Virus record (IMG/VR): IMGVR_UViG_3300032007_000054
Location: 26,167 to 90,166 of that record
DNA from: a virus
Lineage: Duplodnaviria > Caudoviricetes
Length of the DNA: 64,000 nucleotides
Reading direction: 5' to 3' (one strand)
Positions 47,444 to 57,169 of the stretch are shown piece after piece. The translations under genes were made by a program, and so were the position numbers. The notes beneath the pieces are model-generated. The model saw nothing but the letters and a program-made list of their open reading frames with translations, ran no database searches and had not been told where the DNA came from. Positions within the stretch are counted from its first letter, which is position 1; every line of letters begins with the position of its first letter.

Positions 47444-47710
47444 ATGGATATTTGGTTGGCAGTTTTACTGATCATCCTCATAGGAGCCGGGTGCGGTTTC
47501 GGAGGGTATAAATACGGTTTGAAAAAAGGTGCAAAGAACCGTGAAGAAAAAATACTACAGGAATTTATGATGTATGTCCCGTTGGGACGGGTCGGATCCG
47601 TTGCTCAGGATCTGATCGAAAACGATGGATATTCCGAAAACTTTCCTATGCTGATCGTGGCGCCATCAAAGTATAACTATTTGGATGGGCCTGATCCGGA
47701 ACAGGATTGA
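47444..47710 (+). CDS. Membrane-anchored hypothetical protein
   Basis: N-terminal TM. Confidence 0.65.
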   Translation: MDIWLAVLLIILIGAGCGFGGYKYGLKKGAKNREEKILQEFMMYVPLGRVGSVAQDLIENDGYSENFPMLIVAPSKYNYLDGPDPEQD

Positions 47711-47777
47711 TATTTTAGCTCGTAAGTTCAAAGTCCACAATACGTGGGCTTTTTGTTTTTAAAACGAAAGGAAACAC

Positions 47778-48608
47778 ATGTCTATTATCTCTATGCTTGG
47801 CGGGGCTGAGGCCGGTACGGTAGAAGAACTGAATCAAAGACTGTCTGAGCTTTCAGAAAAGTTTGAAACAATTGCCGGAAATCTTAAAAATCTCGAAACT
47901 ATGACGGAAACCGTAAAACTTCGTGTTGAAGAATTAAGCAACAGTGTTGCATCCATCACCCATGAATGGAACGGCAGTGAAGAACAGGGAATGACAAAGC
48001 GCGTTGCCGATCTCGAACGGATGCAGAAGTACTTTCAGAGCTCCCATGGGAAAGCGCTGAATGATATTCACGACCTCAAGGTCGAACTGCATGGTCTTTA
48101 CAACCGTCAGACACCCCCTCCGGATGAGGAGCTTCAGCAGTCTGTCGATCGGAATCCGAAGAAAAAGGAATTGATCGATGTAGTACAGGAATCTGATTTC
48201 TCTCAATTTCGGAAACACAATCTTCTCAATACTCTTGAGAAGAATAATCTGACAACCTTTGAGAGTATCAAAGGAAAGACATTTGATGACCTTTGTGACA
48301 TCAAGGATATCGGTCCGGCATCAGCATCTCTTTTGGTCAAACTTCGTCAGAAGTATTACGGCGAAGTTGACAACGCCAAGATCATTCGGGAAAACATCCC
48401 GATGTACAGCATCCGTGATGTCGTTAAGGGCATGAAGCTCACGCAGGTCCAGAAGAGCCGGATCACCAATACTCTTTACAAGTATGGCGTAAATACATTA
48501 ACTGATCTTTCGGATCTTGAATATGAAGAGGTCTGTAAGATTCCGCATTTCGGCTCCGGTTCTGTGGCTGCCGTGAAACAGATCTACCAGAATTATATTT
48601 GGAGGTAA
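47778..48608 (+). CDS. Coiled-coil protein with two RNAP alphaCTD-like (HhH) domains
   Basis: LLNTLEKNNLTT..L.DIKDIGPAS and ITNTLYKYGVNTLTDL..V.KIPHFG.GS..VK. Confidence 0.6.
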   Translation: MSIISMLGGAEAGTVEELNQRLSELSEKFETIAGNLKNLETMTETVKLRVEELSNSVASITHEWNGSEEQGMTKRVADLERMQKYFQSSHGKALNDIHDLKVELHGLYNRQTPPPDEELQQSVDRNPKKKELIDVVQESDFSQFRKHNLLNTLEKNNLTTFESIKGKTFDDLCDIKDIGPASASLLVKLRQKYYGEVDNAKIIRENIPMYSIRDVVKGMKLTQVQKSRITNTLYKYGVNTLTDLSDLEYEEVCKIPHFGSGSVAAVKQIYQNYIWR

Positions 48609-48609
48609 T

Positions 48610-48915
48610 ATGAACATTACTCTGATTTGTGTTTTACTAGCCCTGTTTGCTGTAGATATTGTGTTGCTGAAGATGCTTGACAATTACAGAAAAGCATCAT
48701 TGTTAGATAATGAAATGCTGAAAAGAGCACAGAAGCGTATATCCTTATTGGAGGTGCTGCTTCTTCCAAAAGAAATGTGCTCCAGTGAACCTGATATTTA
48801 TTATCAGTCATACAACAAATGCTTTGACCAGGAATACAGAGATAAATTCTTTAATACCGTGGATAAAACACTGGAGAAAGCGAAAGAGTATGCCCCCGGT
48901 ACTGATCAATCTTAA
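48610..48915 (+). CDS. Membrane-anchored hypothetical protein
   Basis: GGAGGT RBS; N-terminal TM. Confidence 0.6.
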   Translation: MNITLICVLLALFAVDIVLLKMLDNYRKASLLDNEMLKRAQKRISLLEVLLLPKEMCSSEPDIYYQSYNKCFDQEYRDKFFNTVDKTLEKAKEYAPGTDQS

Positions 48916-49174
48916 TGCAGAGATCATCTGCAGAAAACTCGCTGATCTTGGGATCTGGCATGAAACGGAATGGATACCCGCAGACAATCTGTGGGTTCTT
49001 TTCTTTAAAACCTATGAAAACAAGGTTGAAGGATGCGCATTTAAGGTCAATGGATATTTTGCTCCGCTGCTCCTTGTACACTCCGGAACACTTAATGTTG
49101 AAGAAGGTTACATCTCTGTCGATAATGTGATCTCATTGATAAAGAATGCTTATTGTACAAAAGGAAAGAAATGA
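48890..49174 (+). CDS. Hypothetical protein
   Basis: ATG 48890. Confidence 0.5.
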   Translation: MPPVLINLNAEIICRKLADLGIWHETEWIPADNLWVLFFKTYENKVEGCAFKVNGYFAPLLLVHSGTLNVEEGYISVDNVISLIKNAYCTKGKK

Positions 49175-49398
49175 GTGAAATAACCTTAGTATTGTTTGTG
49201 CTGCTGTTTGTCACTGTGATATTTGTCATCTACTTCTTTCAGATCAGTGCAAGGATTGACAATCTCACAAAGAAGTATAACGATCTGCTTGAAGATTCTT
49301 ATCGGGATAATCTCCGCTATGCTAGTCAGTTTGATCATTTATACACAGCGGTTCGTGAACTTAGTAAAACATTTGAGGACTTGAATAAATATGAGTGA
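49171..49398 (+). CDS. Membrane-anchored coiled-coil protein
   Basis: N-terminal TM. Confidence 0.6.
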   Translation: MSEITLVLFVLLFVTVIFVIYFFQISARIDNLTKKYNDLLEDSYRDNLRYASQFDHLYTAVRELSKTFEDLNKYE

Positions 49399-49801
49399 AA
49401 CTAATATGTTTATTGCTATTTTCTTCGGCTTTGCCCTACTGATGATCGTGCTCTTTTATATTTTAATGAGCCGGCGCATTGATGAGATCAGCGAGAAGAT
49501 CATCAAATGGCAGTCTCTGCAGGCTGATTTTAATCAGACACAGAATGAGATCAATATCGAAATAAAGAATTCTTTTGATGCCGTCGACGCAGCATCAGTT
49601 ATGCTTACTGAAAAAGTGAATCATCTTGAAATAAATACTAAAGCTCAAGATAATCAAATCGGAATGATCAAAGATTCTCTTCAAAAAGTTTCCGCAGAAA
49701 CACCATCTGAACGATGTGATGCACTCGAAAAGAGATTCTCTGCCCTTAAGAAGCTTGTCGAGGATTATACCGAGATCCTCCTTGACCATGCAATGCAGTA
49801 A
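49391..49801 (+). CDS. Membrane-anchored coiled-coil protein
   Basis: N-terminal TM plus heptad pattern. Confidence 0.65.
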   Translation: MSETNMFIAIFFGFALLMIVLFYILMSRRIDEISEKIIKWQSLQADFNQTQNEINIEIKNSFDAVDAASVMLTEKVNHLEINTKAQDNQIGMIKDSLQKVSAETPSERCDALEKRFSALKKLVEDYTEILLDHAMQ

Positions 49802-49918
49802 TTGATATTTCCTCCGCGCTATAACAACTGCCATTTCTAACCATTTTGCCTCCTTTGAAAATAGTGTATGCCTCCGTATGGCGCGGGCGGAGGCTCTTTT
49901 TTAATTGAAAGGAAAATA

Positions 49919-50299
49919 ATGAAAGTAAACTGTCCCTTGTCTTATGATGAAAACGGCAACCTTGAAGTTCTGGTCTCTACCGGATTTGGAGCCGGATGGT
50001 CAACTTGGAACGCCTACGGGATAAATCTCGCGGTTGATAAACGGATCATCGATTTTTTCAAAGCTAATCTTGATCCATATGATCATCTTAATCAAACCGT
50101 AACCGACAGCAAGCTTAATGAGTTCATGCATTCAATTGGTTATGCTGGGAATTTCTATTTTGGTGGATTTTATGACTGTAGGATCCGAAAAGTTTCACCG
50201 GGAACAATGTTTAAGATCCGTGAATATGACGGAGCTGAAAGAATAGAAGTATTTGATGATTCAGATTGGCTTACTATAAAAAAGCAAGGCGAGCAATGA
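49919..50299 (+). CDS. Conserved phage protein
   Basis: VLVS.GFGAGWSTWN..F.I.EYDGAE.IE. Confidence 0.7.
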   Translation: MKVNCPLSYDENGNLEVLVSTGFGAGWSTWNAYGINLAVDKRIIDFFKANLDPYDHLNQTVTDSKLNEFMHSIGYAGNFYFGGFYDCRIRKVSPGTMFKIREYDGAERIEVFDDSDWLTIKKQGEQ

Positions 50300-50469
50300 A
50301 GATGTATGTCAAAAATACAGATGGTGAATTAAGAAAGATCGAAACCATAATACTTGGTGGCAAGATCTACACACCAGATGATATTTGTAAAATACAAGAA
50401 AACGGTACTGTAATAACAATGAAAGACGGTACGGTGTATAGGATTACTGATTATTATTCCGGGAGATGA
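50296..50469 (+). CDS. Hypothetical protein
   Basis: ATGA overlap. Confidence 0.55.
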   Translation: MKMYVKNTDGELRKIETIILGGKIYTPDDICKIQENGTVITMKDGTVYRITDYYSGR

Positions 50470-50735
50470 GAATAATGAAAGACTTCTTTAAAGGCTTTAT
50501 TGACTATCTGAAAAACTGGTGGGAAGGTATTGTCCTTGTCAGTATATATATGGTTATCCTAATTATGGTCATTCTATATACGATTGTCAGCGGAATTACC
50601 GGCAAAAGTAATGTACTTATAACAAGTCATATGTCGGTTGACTTTTTTCAAGGCATTGCAGATACAGTAAAAAAGTCCCGTGAAAAAAAGATCGATAAAG
50701 CAATCGCTGAATTAGAAAAGGAAGGAACGAAATGA
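50466..50735 (+). CDS. Membrane protein
   Basis: Central TM. Confidence 0.6.
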   Translation: MRIMKDFFKGFIDYLKNWWEGIVLVSIYMVILIMVILYTIVSGITGKSNVLITSHMSVDFFQGIADTVKKSREKKIDKAIAELEKEGTK

Positions 50736-50899
50736 ATAGATATTTGGCAAATTGGGTACGTGTCGGTAAAGGTCTCGGATGCATTCTGATGATGGTTCCC
50801 CTCGGGATCATCGGAGCATTGACAGATGGCATCCTTGGAAAAAACAGTTTTACGGTAACTGCTGAGAACAACAAGACCGGAGAGAAACATGTCTTTTGA
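50732..50899 (+). CDS. Small hypothetical protein (55 aa)
   Basis: Read manually; ATGA overlap, fills gap. Confidence 0.5.
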   Translation: MNRYLANWVRVGKGLGCILMMVPLGIIGALTDGILGKNSFTVTAENNKTGEKHVF

Positions 50900-51284
50900 T
50901 ATTGACTACTCCAAAAGTCCGCATGAGGTAGAAGCTACTTCATTAAATCGTGTAGTTACGAACGATTACACTTACACTATTGATACCGGAAAACTTTTTC
51001 ATGTTCCGCTTCCGAATGAAGAGCAGACAGCTGCAATGATGGGTGGGATGAAATGGTTCAAAACCGCAGAAGATGAACTTTGTCCAAATCCATCAGAAGT
51101 TCCGGTCGAGACAGCTCCTTCTTATATTCATGAGACGCATGATCATGATTCAGATGATGGTATGAGTGTCCATCTCAGTGTTGACGATGATGGAGAATTT
51201 GTATCGTATACAGTCCGCAATGTCAAAACTGTTGAAGAAGTACTTACAATCCTTGAGATGATGAAGCGCATCGTCTCGGATTGA
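50889..51284 (+). CDS. Acidic hypothetical protein
   Basis: ORF in operon. Confidence 0.6.
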   Translation: MSFDIDYSKSPHEVEATSLNRVVTNDYTYTIDTGKLFHVPLPNEEQTAAMMGGMKWFKTAEDELCPNPSEVPVETAPSYIHETHDHDSDDGMSVHLSVDDDGEFVSYTVRNVKTVEEVLTILEMMKRIVSD

Positions 51285-51295
51285 TATTTACCGCA

Positions 51296-51406
51296 GGCTT
51301 CCGAATACGTTAAAAGCACATACAGCAATCTAAAACATTTTAGAAGATCTAGGTTGACTACCGTCAGGGTTGTAAGTACACCCGTGCTTTGTTGTGTTCG
51401 GAAGCC
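51296..51406 (+). ncRNA. Candidate multibranch structured RNA
   Basis: 13-bp outer stem GGCTTCCGAATAC/GTGTTCGGAAGCC, 7-bp AAAGCAC/GTGCTTT, three inner hairpins, U-tract. Confidence 0.5.
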
Positions 51407-51432
51407 GTCTTTTATATTTTCAGGAGAACTTT

Positions 51433-51609
51433 ATGTTTGCAGTAAAGTATTACTATCGGACAAGCTTTATGTGCTATGCGGATAATGAGCGTGCCGGAGT
51501 TGTATGGACACCGCGCTTTGAAACAGTAGAGGAAGCTCTCGGTTATGCACAGGAGATGGTGCAGCAGTATGGTTATGATCCGAATCATCTGCGGGTGGTA
51601 AAAGTATGA
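51433..51609 (+). CDS. Small hypothetical protein
   Basis: AGGAG-ATG 51433. Confidence 0.6.
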   Translation: MFAVKYYYRTSFMCYADNERAGVVWTPRFETVEEALGYAQEMVQQYGYDPNHLRVVKV

Positions 51610-51887
51610 TATTACAGGAACAATACTATGAGGATTTGCTGGACTGTATCAACAGTACACCGGATACGGTATTCTGGCGGAAACTTGTCAGCAAGAAAAA
51701 ACTGCTGAAGGATGAAAAGCTTCTTGACCGTCTTTGGACAGAGTATCAAAAGATGATCGAGAACGGTGTTGATGAGAATTATGCTTATGCCTTTGCACTT
51801 GAGGAAGTTCTTGATATTCCATTGTCCAGATGGGAGAACATCTTTCACCGGTACATTGAAGGCAGACACAGTGAATTTTATGGATGA
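51606..51887 (+). CDS. Hypothetical protein
   Basis: ATGA overlap. Confidence 0.6.
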   Translation: MILQEQYYEDLLDCINSTPDTVFWRKLVSKKKLLKDEKLLDRLWTEYQKMIENGVDENYAYAFALEEVLDIPLSRWENIFHRYIEGRHSEFYG

Positions 51888-51893
51888 GGAAAA

Positions 51894-52214
51894 ATGGGAT
51901 TTTTTGAGATAATTGGTTTCGCAGCATGCATAGTAGGTGCAGTTCTTCTTGTCGCATGGATCATTACTTTCTTTGATGAATGGAATGATATTCAGTACAA
52001 AGTTAATACAGGGATCCCGAAAGACATTGCATTCCTGGATCATAAGATCAATGAATTGTCAAGTCAGGAAGATGAAGAGAATGATTGTGAAGAAGACAAT
52101 CTTGTCGCTTCTCTGAGTGAGCGTCTGGCCAATGCAGAGAGCCATATCCTGATGCTTGAGTATCAGAATGAGACGATCATGTCTGAACTTGATAATTTAA
52201 AGAAATCCGAATAA
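51894..52214 (+). CDS. Membrane-anchored coiled-coil protein
   Basis: N-terminal TM. Confidence 0.65.
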   Translation: MGFFEIIGFAACIVGAVLLVAWIITFFDEWNDIQYKVNTGIPKDIAFLDHKINELSSQEDEENDCEEDNLVASLSERLANAESHILMLEYQNETIMSELDNLKKSE

Positions 52215-52278
52215 CGATTTTTACATAGCCTCTAATGAAGAGAGAAAACTATATTAAGCTCTCTTCAATGGAGGAAAA

Positions 52279-52434
52279 ATGGAAGTTTATGTTGTTTGTG
52301 GTATTGTTGATGCACAGCATCGCCCTAATGTGTTAGTTTTTAGGGATTATCAGACCGCTGTTGATGCAGCGAAGCAGATGAAAGAATCTGGTTTATACAT
52401 GAAAGTGTATTACAAGAAAGAAGATTTGATTTAG
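52279..52434 (+). CDS. 51-aa cassette protein
   Basis: Motif 52214 + hairpin like 18266, GGAGG RBS, MEVYVVCG..., terminator 52435. Confidence 0.7.
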   Translation: MEVYVVCGIVDAQHRPNVLVFRDYQTAVDAAKQMKESGLYMKVYYKKEDLI

Positions 52435-52512
52435 AAAAGCCCGCAAGGGCTTTTGCTTTTTAAACTAAGGTCGTAAGTACGCGGCCTTTTATATTTTAAT
52501 GAGGAGATCATT

Positions 52513-52704
52513 ATGAAAAAAGTTTTGTTTGTTGTCCTGTTAGCTATTGTTGTCGCCGGTCTGATCGGCGGAGTTTTTGCCTGGAAAAACCAGGTTTGGA
52601 TGTTTGCTCCGAAAGAAACCGAAGTGACCGAAGAGATCACAGTAACTGAAGAACCCGCGGCTGAGATCGAGATCCCTGTCGAAGTGCCAGCTGACGGTCA
52701 GTAA
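52513..52704 (+). CDS. Small exported/membrane acidic protein
   Basis: Signal-like MKKVLFVVLLAIVV; Glu-rich tail. Confidence 0.65.
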   Translation: MKKVLFVVLLAIVVAGLIGGVFAWKNQVWMFAPKETEVTEEITVTEEPAAEIEIPVEVPADGQ

Positions 52705-52731
52705 TTGATATTTAGGAACGAAAGGAAACAA

Positions 52732-53226
52732 ATGGCTACTACTATCAAAACAAAAGAACAGGCTGTTTATGACAGCAAAATGGAAAAGCTCGATGAATTC
52801 GAAAGAAGAGCACGTGCCGCCTTGGAAGATTATAAAAATTTATGGACAGCTCTCGGATCATTAGAGGATGATCTGAGCAATGATTTCGGTATTCTGCATG
52901 AAGAGTTGGACTGCTATGAAAGCGACGAATTTACCAGTCGGGACTTTGACGAGATCGATACCTCGTTAGAGGCTACGATCAATCATATTCGTAAGGTAAA
53001 GGAAGATCTGCAAAAAAAGTATAATGCGAGCAAACTTCATGAAGATGCTTACGGCTACATGCTGGCAAAAGGAAAACTATATAGCTGTTTCACAACTTAT
53101 CCGCCATGTGGACAACTTGATTTGTCAATGGATGAAATTAATAAGTTCTATGAAATGTGCTGTGAAATTTCCAAAGAGTCCAAAGATGATTTTGTAAAAG
53201 CTATTACAAAGGAATACGAAAAATGA
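52732..53226 (+). CDS. Helical hypothetical protein
   Basis: AAAGGA-ATG 52732. Confidence 0.65.
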   Translation: MATTIKTKEQAVYDSKMEKLDEFERRARAALEDYKNLWTALGSLEDDLSNDFGILHEELDCYESDEFTSRDFDEIDTSLEATINHIRKVKEDLQKKYNASKLHEDAYGYMLAKGKLYSCFTTYPPCGQLDLSMDEINKFYEMCCEISKESKDDFVKAITKEYEK

Positions 53227-53642
53227 GCATGTTCTATACGATTTACGCTTACGGTGATTTTGACAAGAAGAATCAGGCCTGGGATGACGGGATCACAAAA
53301 TACAGTGAGCCGGTCCATCAAACACGAAAGGATATGGAAGCGATCATATCCCGGAAACCGCATAAGATGATCAATCTTGATAAGGCGACATGCCCAGATG
53401 TTCAGGAGTATTTGTCTCAGGAAAAAGACGGCAAACGCCATGTGCGCCTTGCCGTAAAGGCAATGGGGTATGCTCATGCTCTGGAACGTGCGAAAGCTTA
53501 TTGCAATAAAACCTACAAACCGAAACGAAACCGTAAAAAGCAGGTATCCGCAAAGGATCTGATGAGCTTTATGGGTTATGTTTCCGGTGTTTCCGCCAAA
53601 GCATCCGGCGGAAGATCGTATATGTCTGATTATGTATTTTAA
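53223..53642 (+). CDS. Hypothetical protein
   Basis: ATGA overlap. Confidence 0.65.
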   Translation: MSMFYTIYAYGDFDKKNQAWDDGITKYSEPVHQTRKDMEAIISRKPHKMINLDKATCPDVQEYLSQEKDGKRHVRLAVKAMGYAHALERAKAYCNKTYKPKRNRKKQVSAKDLMSFMGYVSGVSAKASGGRSYMSDYVF

Positions 53643-53653
53643 GGAGAAAACTT

Positions 53654-54121
53654 ATGCCTTGTGAATCACATTCTTATGATGCAGCATTATATTTTTATGA
53701 CGGCGTGAATTGGAAACTGCTCAGCCACGTTCGCTGTGATGAGGACTGTCCTAGTATCTGGAAAGATGAGGAGACGAAAGTGGAAGAAGAACAGAAAGTA
53801 CCGGATGAAAGGTTTGAAAGAGATCTCAGCAATCTGAAAAAGAAGCTGAAGAACAAGTTCTATGAACAGGGTTATTTAACTGTAGGGGATATGGTTGAGC
53901 TTCTTCATCTGAATGTCAATGGACCGGACTTCAATCCTTATATTCTTTATACAGGAGATACAAAACTTTATCGAAATGCGATGGAGAATCTTGCGATCAA
54001 GAAATATCGTGCGCATAGAAGCAACATCAATAATAATAAATATACTTCTGCAGAATACCGCGAATTCCAGCGCATCAACATGGCTCTTGACGATCTCGAG
54101 AACACCAAGCAGCAGAACTAA
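53654..54121 (+). CDS. Hypothetical protein
   Basis: AAGGAG RBS; QGYLTVGDM resembles the GW-family segment. Confidence 0.65.
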   Translation: MPCESHSYDAALYFYDGVNWKLLSHVRCDEDCPSIWKDEETKVEEEQKVPDERFERDLSNLKKKLKNKFYEQGYLTVGDMVELLHLNVNGPDFNPYILYTGDTKLYRNAMENLAIKKYRAHRSNINNNKYTSAEYREFQRINMALDDLENTKQQN

Positions 54122-54199
54122 GTTCTGACTCCGGATAAACGCAAAGAGGGTTTGTAAATTTTACAAGCCCTCATTATTTTTAAATGAAAGGAACCACAA

Positions 54200-54688
54200 A
54201 TGTGTTACACACTGCAGGAATGTCTGGAACGGACCGGCAGCCTTCGGCGAGGCAAATATGTTTACCGGGTGCTCTGTGAGAATGGCATCAGGACCTGGGA
54301 TGATTTTGTTGCAAAACCTATCCCTTCCAAGGGCCTATATAATAATGAAGTCCTTGCCCTGAACAGGATCCGCATGAAGGAGCTTGATATTCGTGAGGCG
54401 AAGGCTTCCGCTTACAACGATTTGGTAAGCTTGCTGTCGAAATATGTTCGTAAGAATGATGCCCGTCGTATCGCTTCGAGCCTTAAGCGGGAAGATATCT
54501 GGTCCATGCGGCTGCTTGCCTCAACTCCGGATGAAAAACTGGAGAAGATCTATGGGATCGGGCCGAAGAGCCTTGATATTTTAAAGAAGGTCAAGACCTT
54601 TCTTAATTCCCCAAAAGCGATGACAAGCGGTAAATCAAAAGCCGTATCGGCTGCTCCCTCTCCGTTCCAACCACTATTAGCCTATTAG
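54200..54688 (+). CDS. Protein with alphaCTD-like (HhH) domains
   Basis: RVLCENGIRTWDDF and RIASSLKREDI....L...DEKLEKIYGIGPKSLDILKK. Confidence 0.6.
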   Translation: MCYTLQECLERTGSLRRGKYVYRVLCENGIRTWDDFVAKPIPSKGLYNNEVLALNRIRMKELDIREAKASAYNDLVSLLSKYVRKNDARRIASSLKREDIWSMRLLASTPDEKLEKIYGIGPKSLDILKKVKTFLNSPKAMTSGKSKAVSAAPSPFQPLLAY

Positions 54689-54701
54689 GAGATTGATATT
54701 T

Positions 54702-55052
54702 ATGAAACAAGTTTCTGCTATCAGTAAACCTGTTATGCTGCGTATCGATTACGAAGCTGACTTTCACAGGGATTTTCTTTGCGACAACCGTGATCATCTG
54801 ATGAACATACTGGAACTGATGCTCGGGCATTATATGGGTGAAGCCGTATACAAAATTCTTGATAAGCGAGAGGAATGTAAATTTCCATCAGGTTACCGTG
54901 ACATGTTCTTAGAGAAGAATCATTATATTTTTCGGATTCATGCCGAATTTGATTACAAATTCCCCGATAGCAAAATGCCAAAGCATAAGAAACCGGAGAA
55001 AGAAAATGCCGACGAAGTACAACAAGAACGAACTGAAACTGAAGATCTATGA
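54702..55052 (+). CDS. Hypothetical protein
   Basis: ORF in operon. Confidence 0.55.
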   Translation: MKQVSAISKPVMLRIDYEADFHRDFLCDNRDHLMNILELMLGHYMGEAVYKILDKREECKFPSGYRDMFLEKNHYIFRIHAEFDYKFPDSKMPKHKKPEKENADEVQQERTETEDL

Positions 55053-55152
55053 GTATCTGGATGAAGGCTTCTTCCCGGAAGACATTGCGGAGATCCTTGA
55101 TATTTCGCTGCCGGAAGTTATCCAATTAATCAAAGAGGTCGAGGGTGGATAG
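55006..55152 (+). CDS. Small HTH protein
   Basis: GFFPEDIAEILDISLPEV. Confidence 0.55.
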   Translation: MPTKYNKNELKLKIYEYLDEGFFPEDIAEILDISLPEVIQLIKEVEGG

Positions 55153-55465
55153 ATACTGGAGCTTAAGCGGAAAACTATTTTCCGGCGATCAACCGATCCT
55201 TAGGATCAATGAATGCTATGAGATCGATTATTTATCAGATGAGACAAAAGATTATATGCAGGATAGAGATTATGCCTGCCGTATCTATTCTGATATTTAC
55301 GATGATCTTCTCAATATGCAATACCATGCGATCATTAAAGCAAAAGATCAGAATAACATGCTGCTTGTATTAGCACAGAACACCAGGCAGGTGCAGATCC
55401 TTCTGGATTTTCAGCTGCCTTACAACCAAAAAAGTCCGAAAGAGGATCCGAATGAAAACGATTGA
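55145..55465 (+). CDS. Hypothetical protein
   Basis: ORF in operon. Confidence 0.55.
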   Translation: MDRYWSLSGKLFSGDQPILRINECYEIDYLSDETKDYMQDRDYACRIYSDIYDDLLNMQYHAIIKAKDQNNMLLVLAQNTRQVQILLDFQLPYNQKSPKEDPNEND

Positions 55466-56027
55466 AATGGCATGGAAACATTTTAAAACCATATGCCGCC
55501 ATAAGTATTACGTTTACCAGGAGTGCCGGGCTTGCGGTATTACCTGGCAGGGGATCATCCATGATCTGTCTAAATTCAGTGCGACTGAGTTTATTCCTTC
55601 TGCAAAGTATTTTCAAGGTGATAGAAGTCCGATCGAAGCAGAAAAAGAAGCCTGCGGTTATTCTTTTGCATGGCTGCATCATAAAGGCTGCAACCCGCAT
55701 CATTGGGAATTCTGGACAGACTTTGCAGAAGCTGATGGAGGCGTGATCACAAATAAGATCCCATATCAATATGTTGTTGAAATGGTATGCGATTGGATCG
55801 GCGCAGGAAAAGCTTACCAGAAAGAAGCATGGACGCAGGATTCACCGATGAACCATTACATAAAAATGCGGAAAGGCCGGTATTTTCATCCGGAGACTGA
55901 CAAACTGATTGTTCAGTTTCTTATCTGCATTAAAAGCAAAGGCCTGGATGAGTTTCATAAAATGGCAAAGTGTGAAAGTCCTTATTCTTATACCAGGATT
56001 GACTATGAAGGGGTATATGTTCCGTGA
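55452..56027 (+). CDS. DUF5662-like HD-type phosphohydrolase
   Basis: RHKYYV, HDLSKFS..EF, HHK..NPHHWE.W, EMVCDW. Confidence 0.7.
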   Translation: MKTIEMAWKHFKTICRHKYYVYQECRACGITWQGIIHDLSKFSATEFIPSAKYFQGDRSPIEAEKEACGYSFAWLHHKGCNPHHWEFWTDFAEADGGVITNKIPYQYVVEMVCDWIGAGKAYQKEAWTQDSPMNHYIKMRKGRYFHPETDKLIVQFLICIKSKGLDEFHKMAKCESPYSYTRIDYEGVYVP

Positions 56028-56419
56028 AGACATTTGACGATTTATGGAAATGTATGTTCGTTGCGATCGGTGTTCTTGGTATTCTCGTATTTTTCTTCGG
56101 TCCACCGAAAGCAGCAATGAATCCGGACCCGACACCGACTGTGATATTTGATGGCGTTACCGCGGATCAGATCGCTCGTGTTGAGGAAATGTGCCGAAGA
56201 TATATTGAACTATGGGAATCTGATCTGGAACTCTATAATGAGACTGCCGACAGTGATAGGCCCAAGATTCAGGAGATCCATGAGCGTGTAAAGACTCGTA
56301 TGAACGAGATCAGTGATATGTATAACAACTACCTTATTACCAATGGCTATGTTTTTAACGGAACACTGCCTGATGGTATTTATGCATGTATTGAACGAAT
56401 CGGAGATACTGATGAATGA
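56024..56419 (+). CDS. Membrane-anchored hypothetical protein
   Basis: N-terminal TM. Confidence 0.6.
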   Translation: MKTFDDLWKCMFVAIGVLGILVFFFGPPKAAMNPDPTPTVIFDGVTADQIARVEEMCRRYIELWESDLELYNETADSDRPKIQEIHERVKTRMNEISDMYNNYLITNGYVFNGTLPDGIYACIERIGDTDE

Positions 56420-56825
56420 TCTTGTTGAAAGAAGAGCGGTATTAGCTCTTGCAAAAGATATTTCCGTTGTGACTATAGATGGATCTGAATACTCTCACCG
56501 ATGTATTGATCCTGGCGATGTAATAGAGATGCCGTCAGCCAGTAATCCGGATTACGAATTTCATGAATGGTGCCATGACTGCAAGGAATACGACCAAAAA
56601 CAACACTGCTGCCATCGCTGGACACAAGTTATCCGAAAGACTTATGAGGAGATAAAGGCAAGAAAAAAGCCTGCAAAAGTGATCCAGCAGCGGGTCGACT
56701 ATAGTAATTATGACGAATTTATGACGCAGCATCTGATCGGCGAATGTGATTACTGCGGTACAGATGTTATTGAAGGCGACAATTATTGTTCTTATTGCGG
56801 ATGCAAACTGGAGTGGAAAGAATGA
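56412..56825 (+). CDS. Zinc-ribbon phage protein
   Basis: CHDCKEY, CDYCG..NYCSYCGCKL. Confidence 0.7.
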   Translation: MNDLVERRAVLALAKDISVVTIDGSEYSHRCIDPGDVIEMPSASNPDYEFHEWCHDCKEYDQKQHCCHRWTQVIRKTYEEIKARKKPAKVIQQRVDYSNYDEFMTQHLIGECDYCGTDVIEGDNYCSYCGCKLEWKE

Positions 56826-57169
56826 TATTTCAAACACAAACTCAACGTAAAAACATTTTTGACGAATTCACAAAGAAACTTCGTGAACGTGCAGCAATGG
56901 ATCCTAAGACTCGTAAGGATGGGAATCTGAATTATCTGTTTTTGGTTTATGACAGAGATAAAAACGAGATATCCCATTATTCTGCATACACTACAAATAA
57001 TAACTATCCTGAATTAATCGAGATGTTGATCTGGGAACATCTAATTGATATTTCCGAGGATGAACTTACCGAAGACGAGGTCCGTGCTCATTACAACTGG
57101 ATCCTGAAACGGATAAGTGATATTTGTGTTAAAAGAATTGAAAAAGCTCGTAAGGACATAGAGGCGTAA
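56822..57169 (+). CDS. Hypothetical protein
   Basis: ATGA overlap. Confidence 0.6.
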   Translation: MIFQTQTQRKNIFDEFTKKLRERAAMDPKTRKDGNLNYLFLVYDRDKNEISHYSAYTTNNNYPELIEMLIWEHLIDISEDELTEDEVRAHYNWILKRISDICVKRIEKARKDIEA

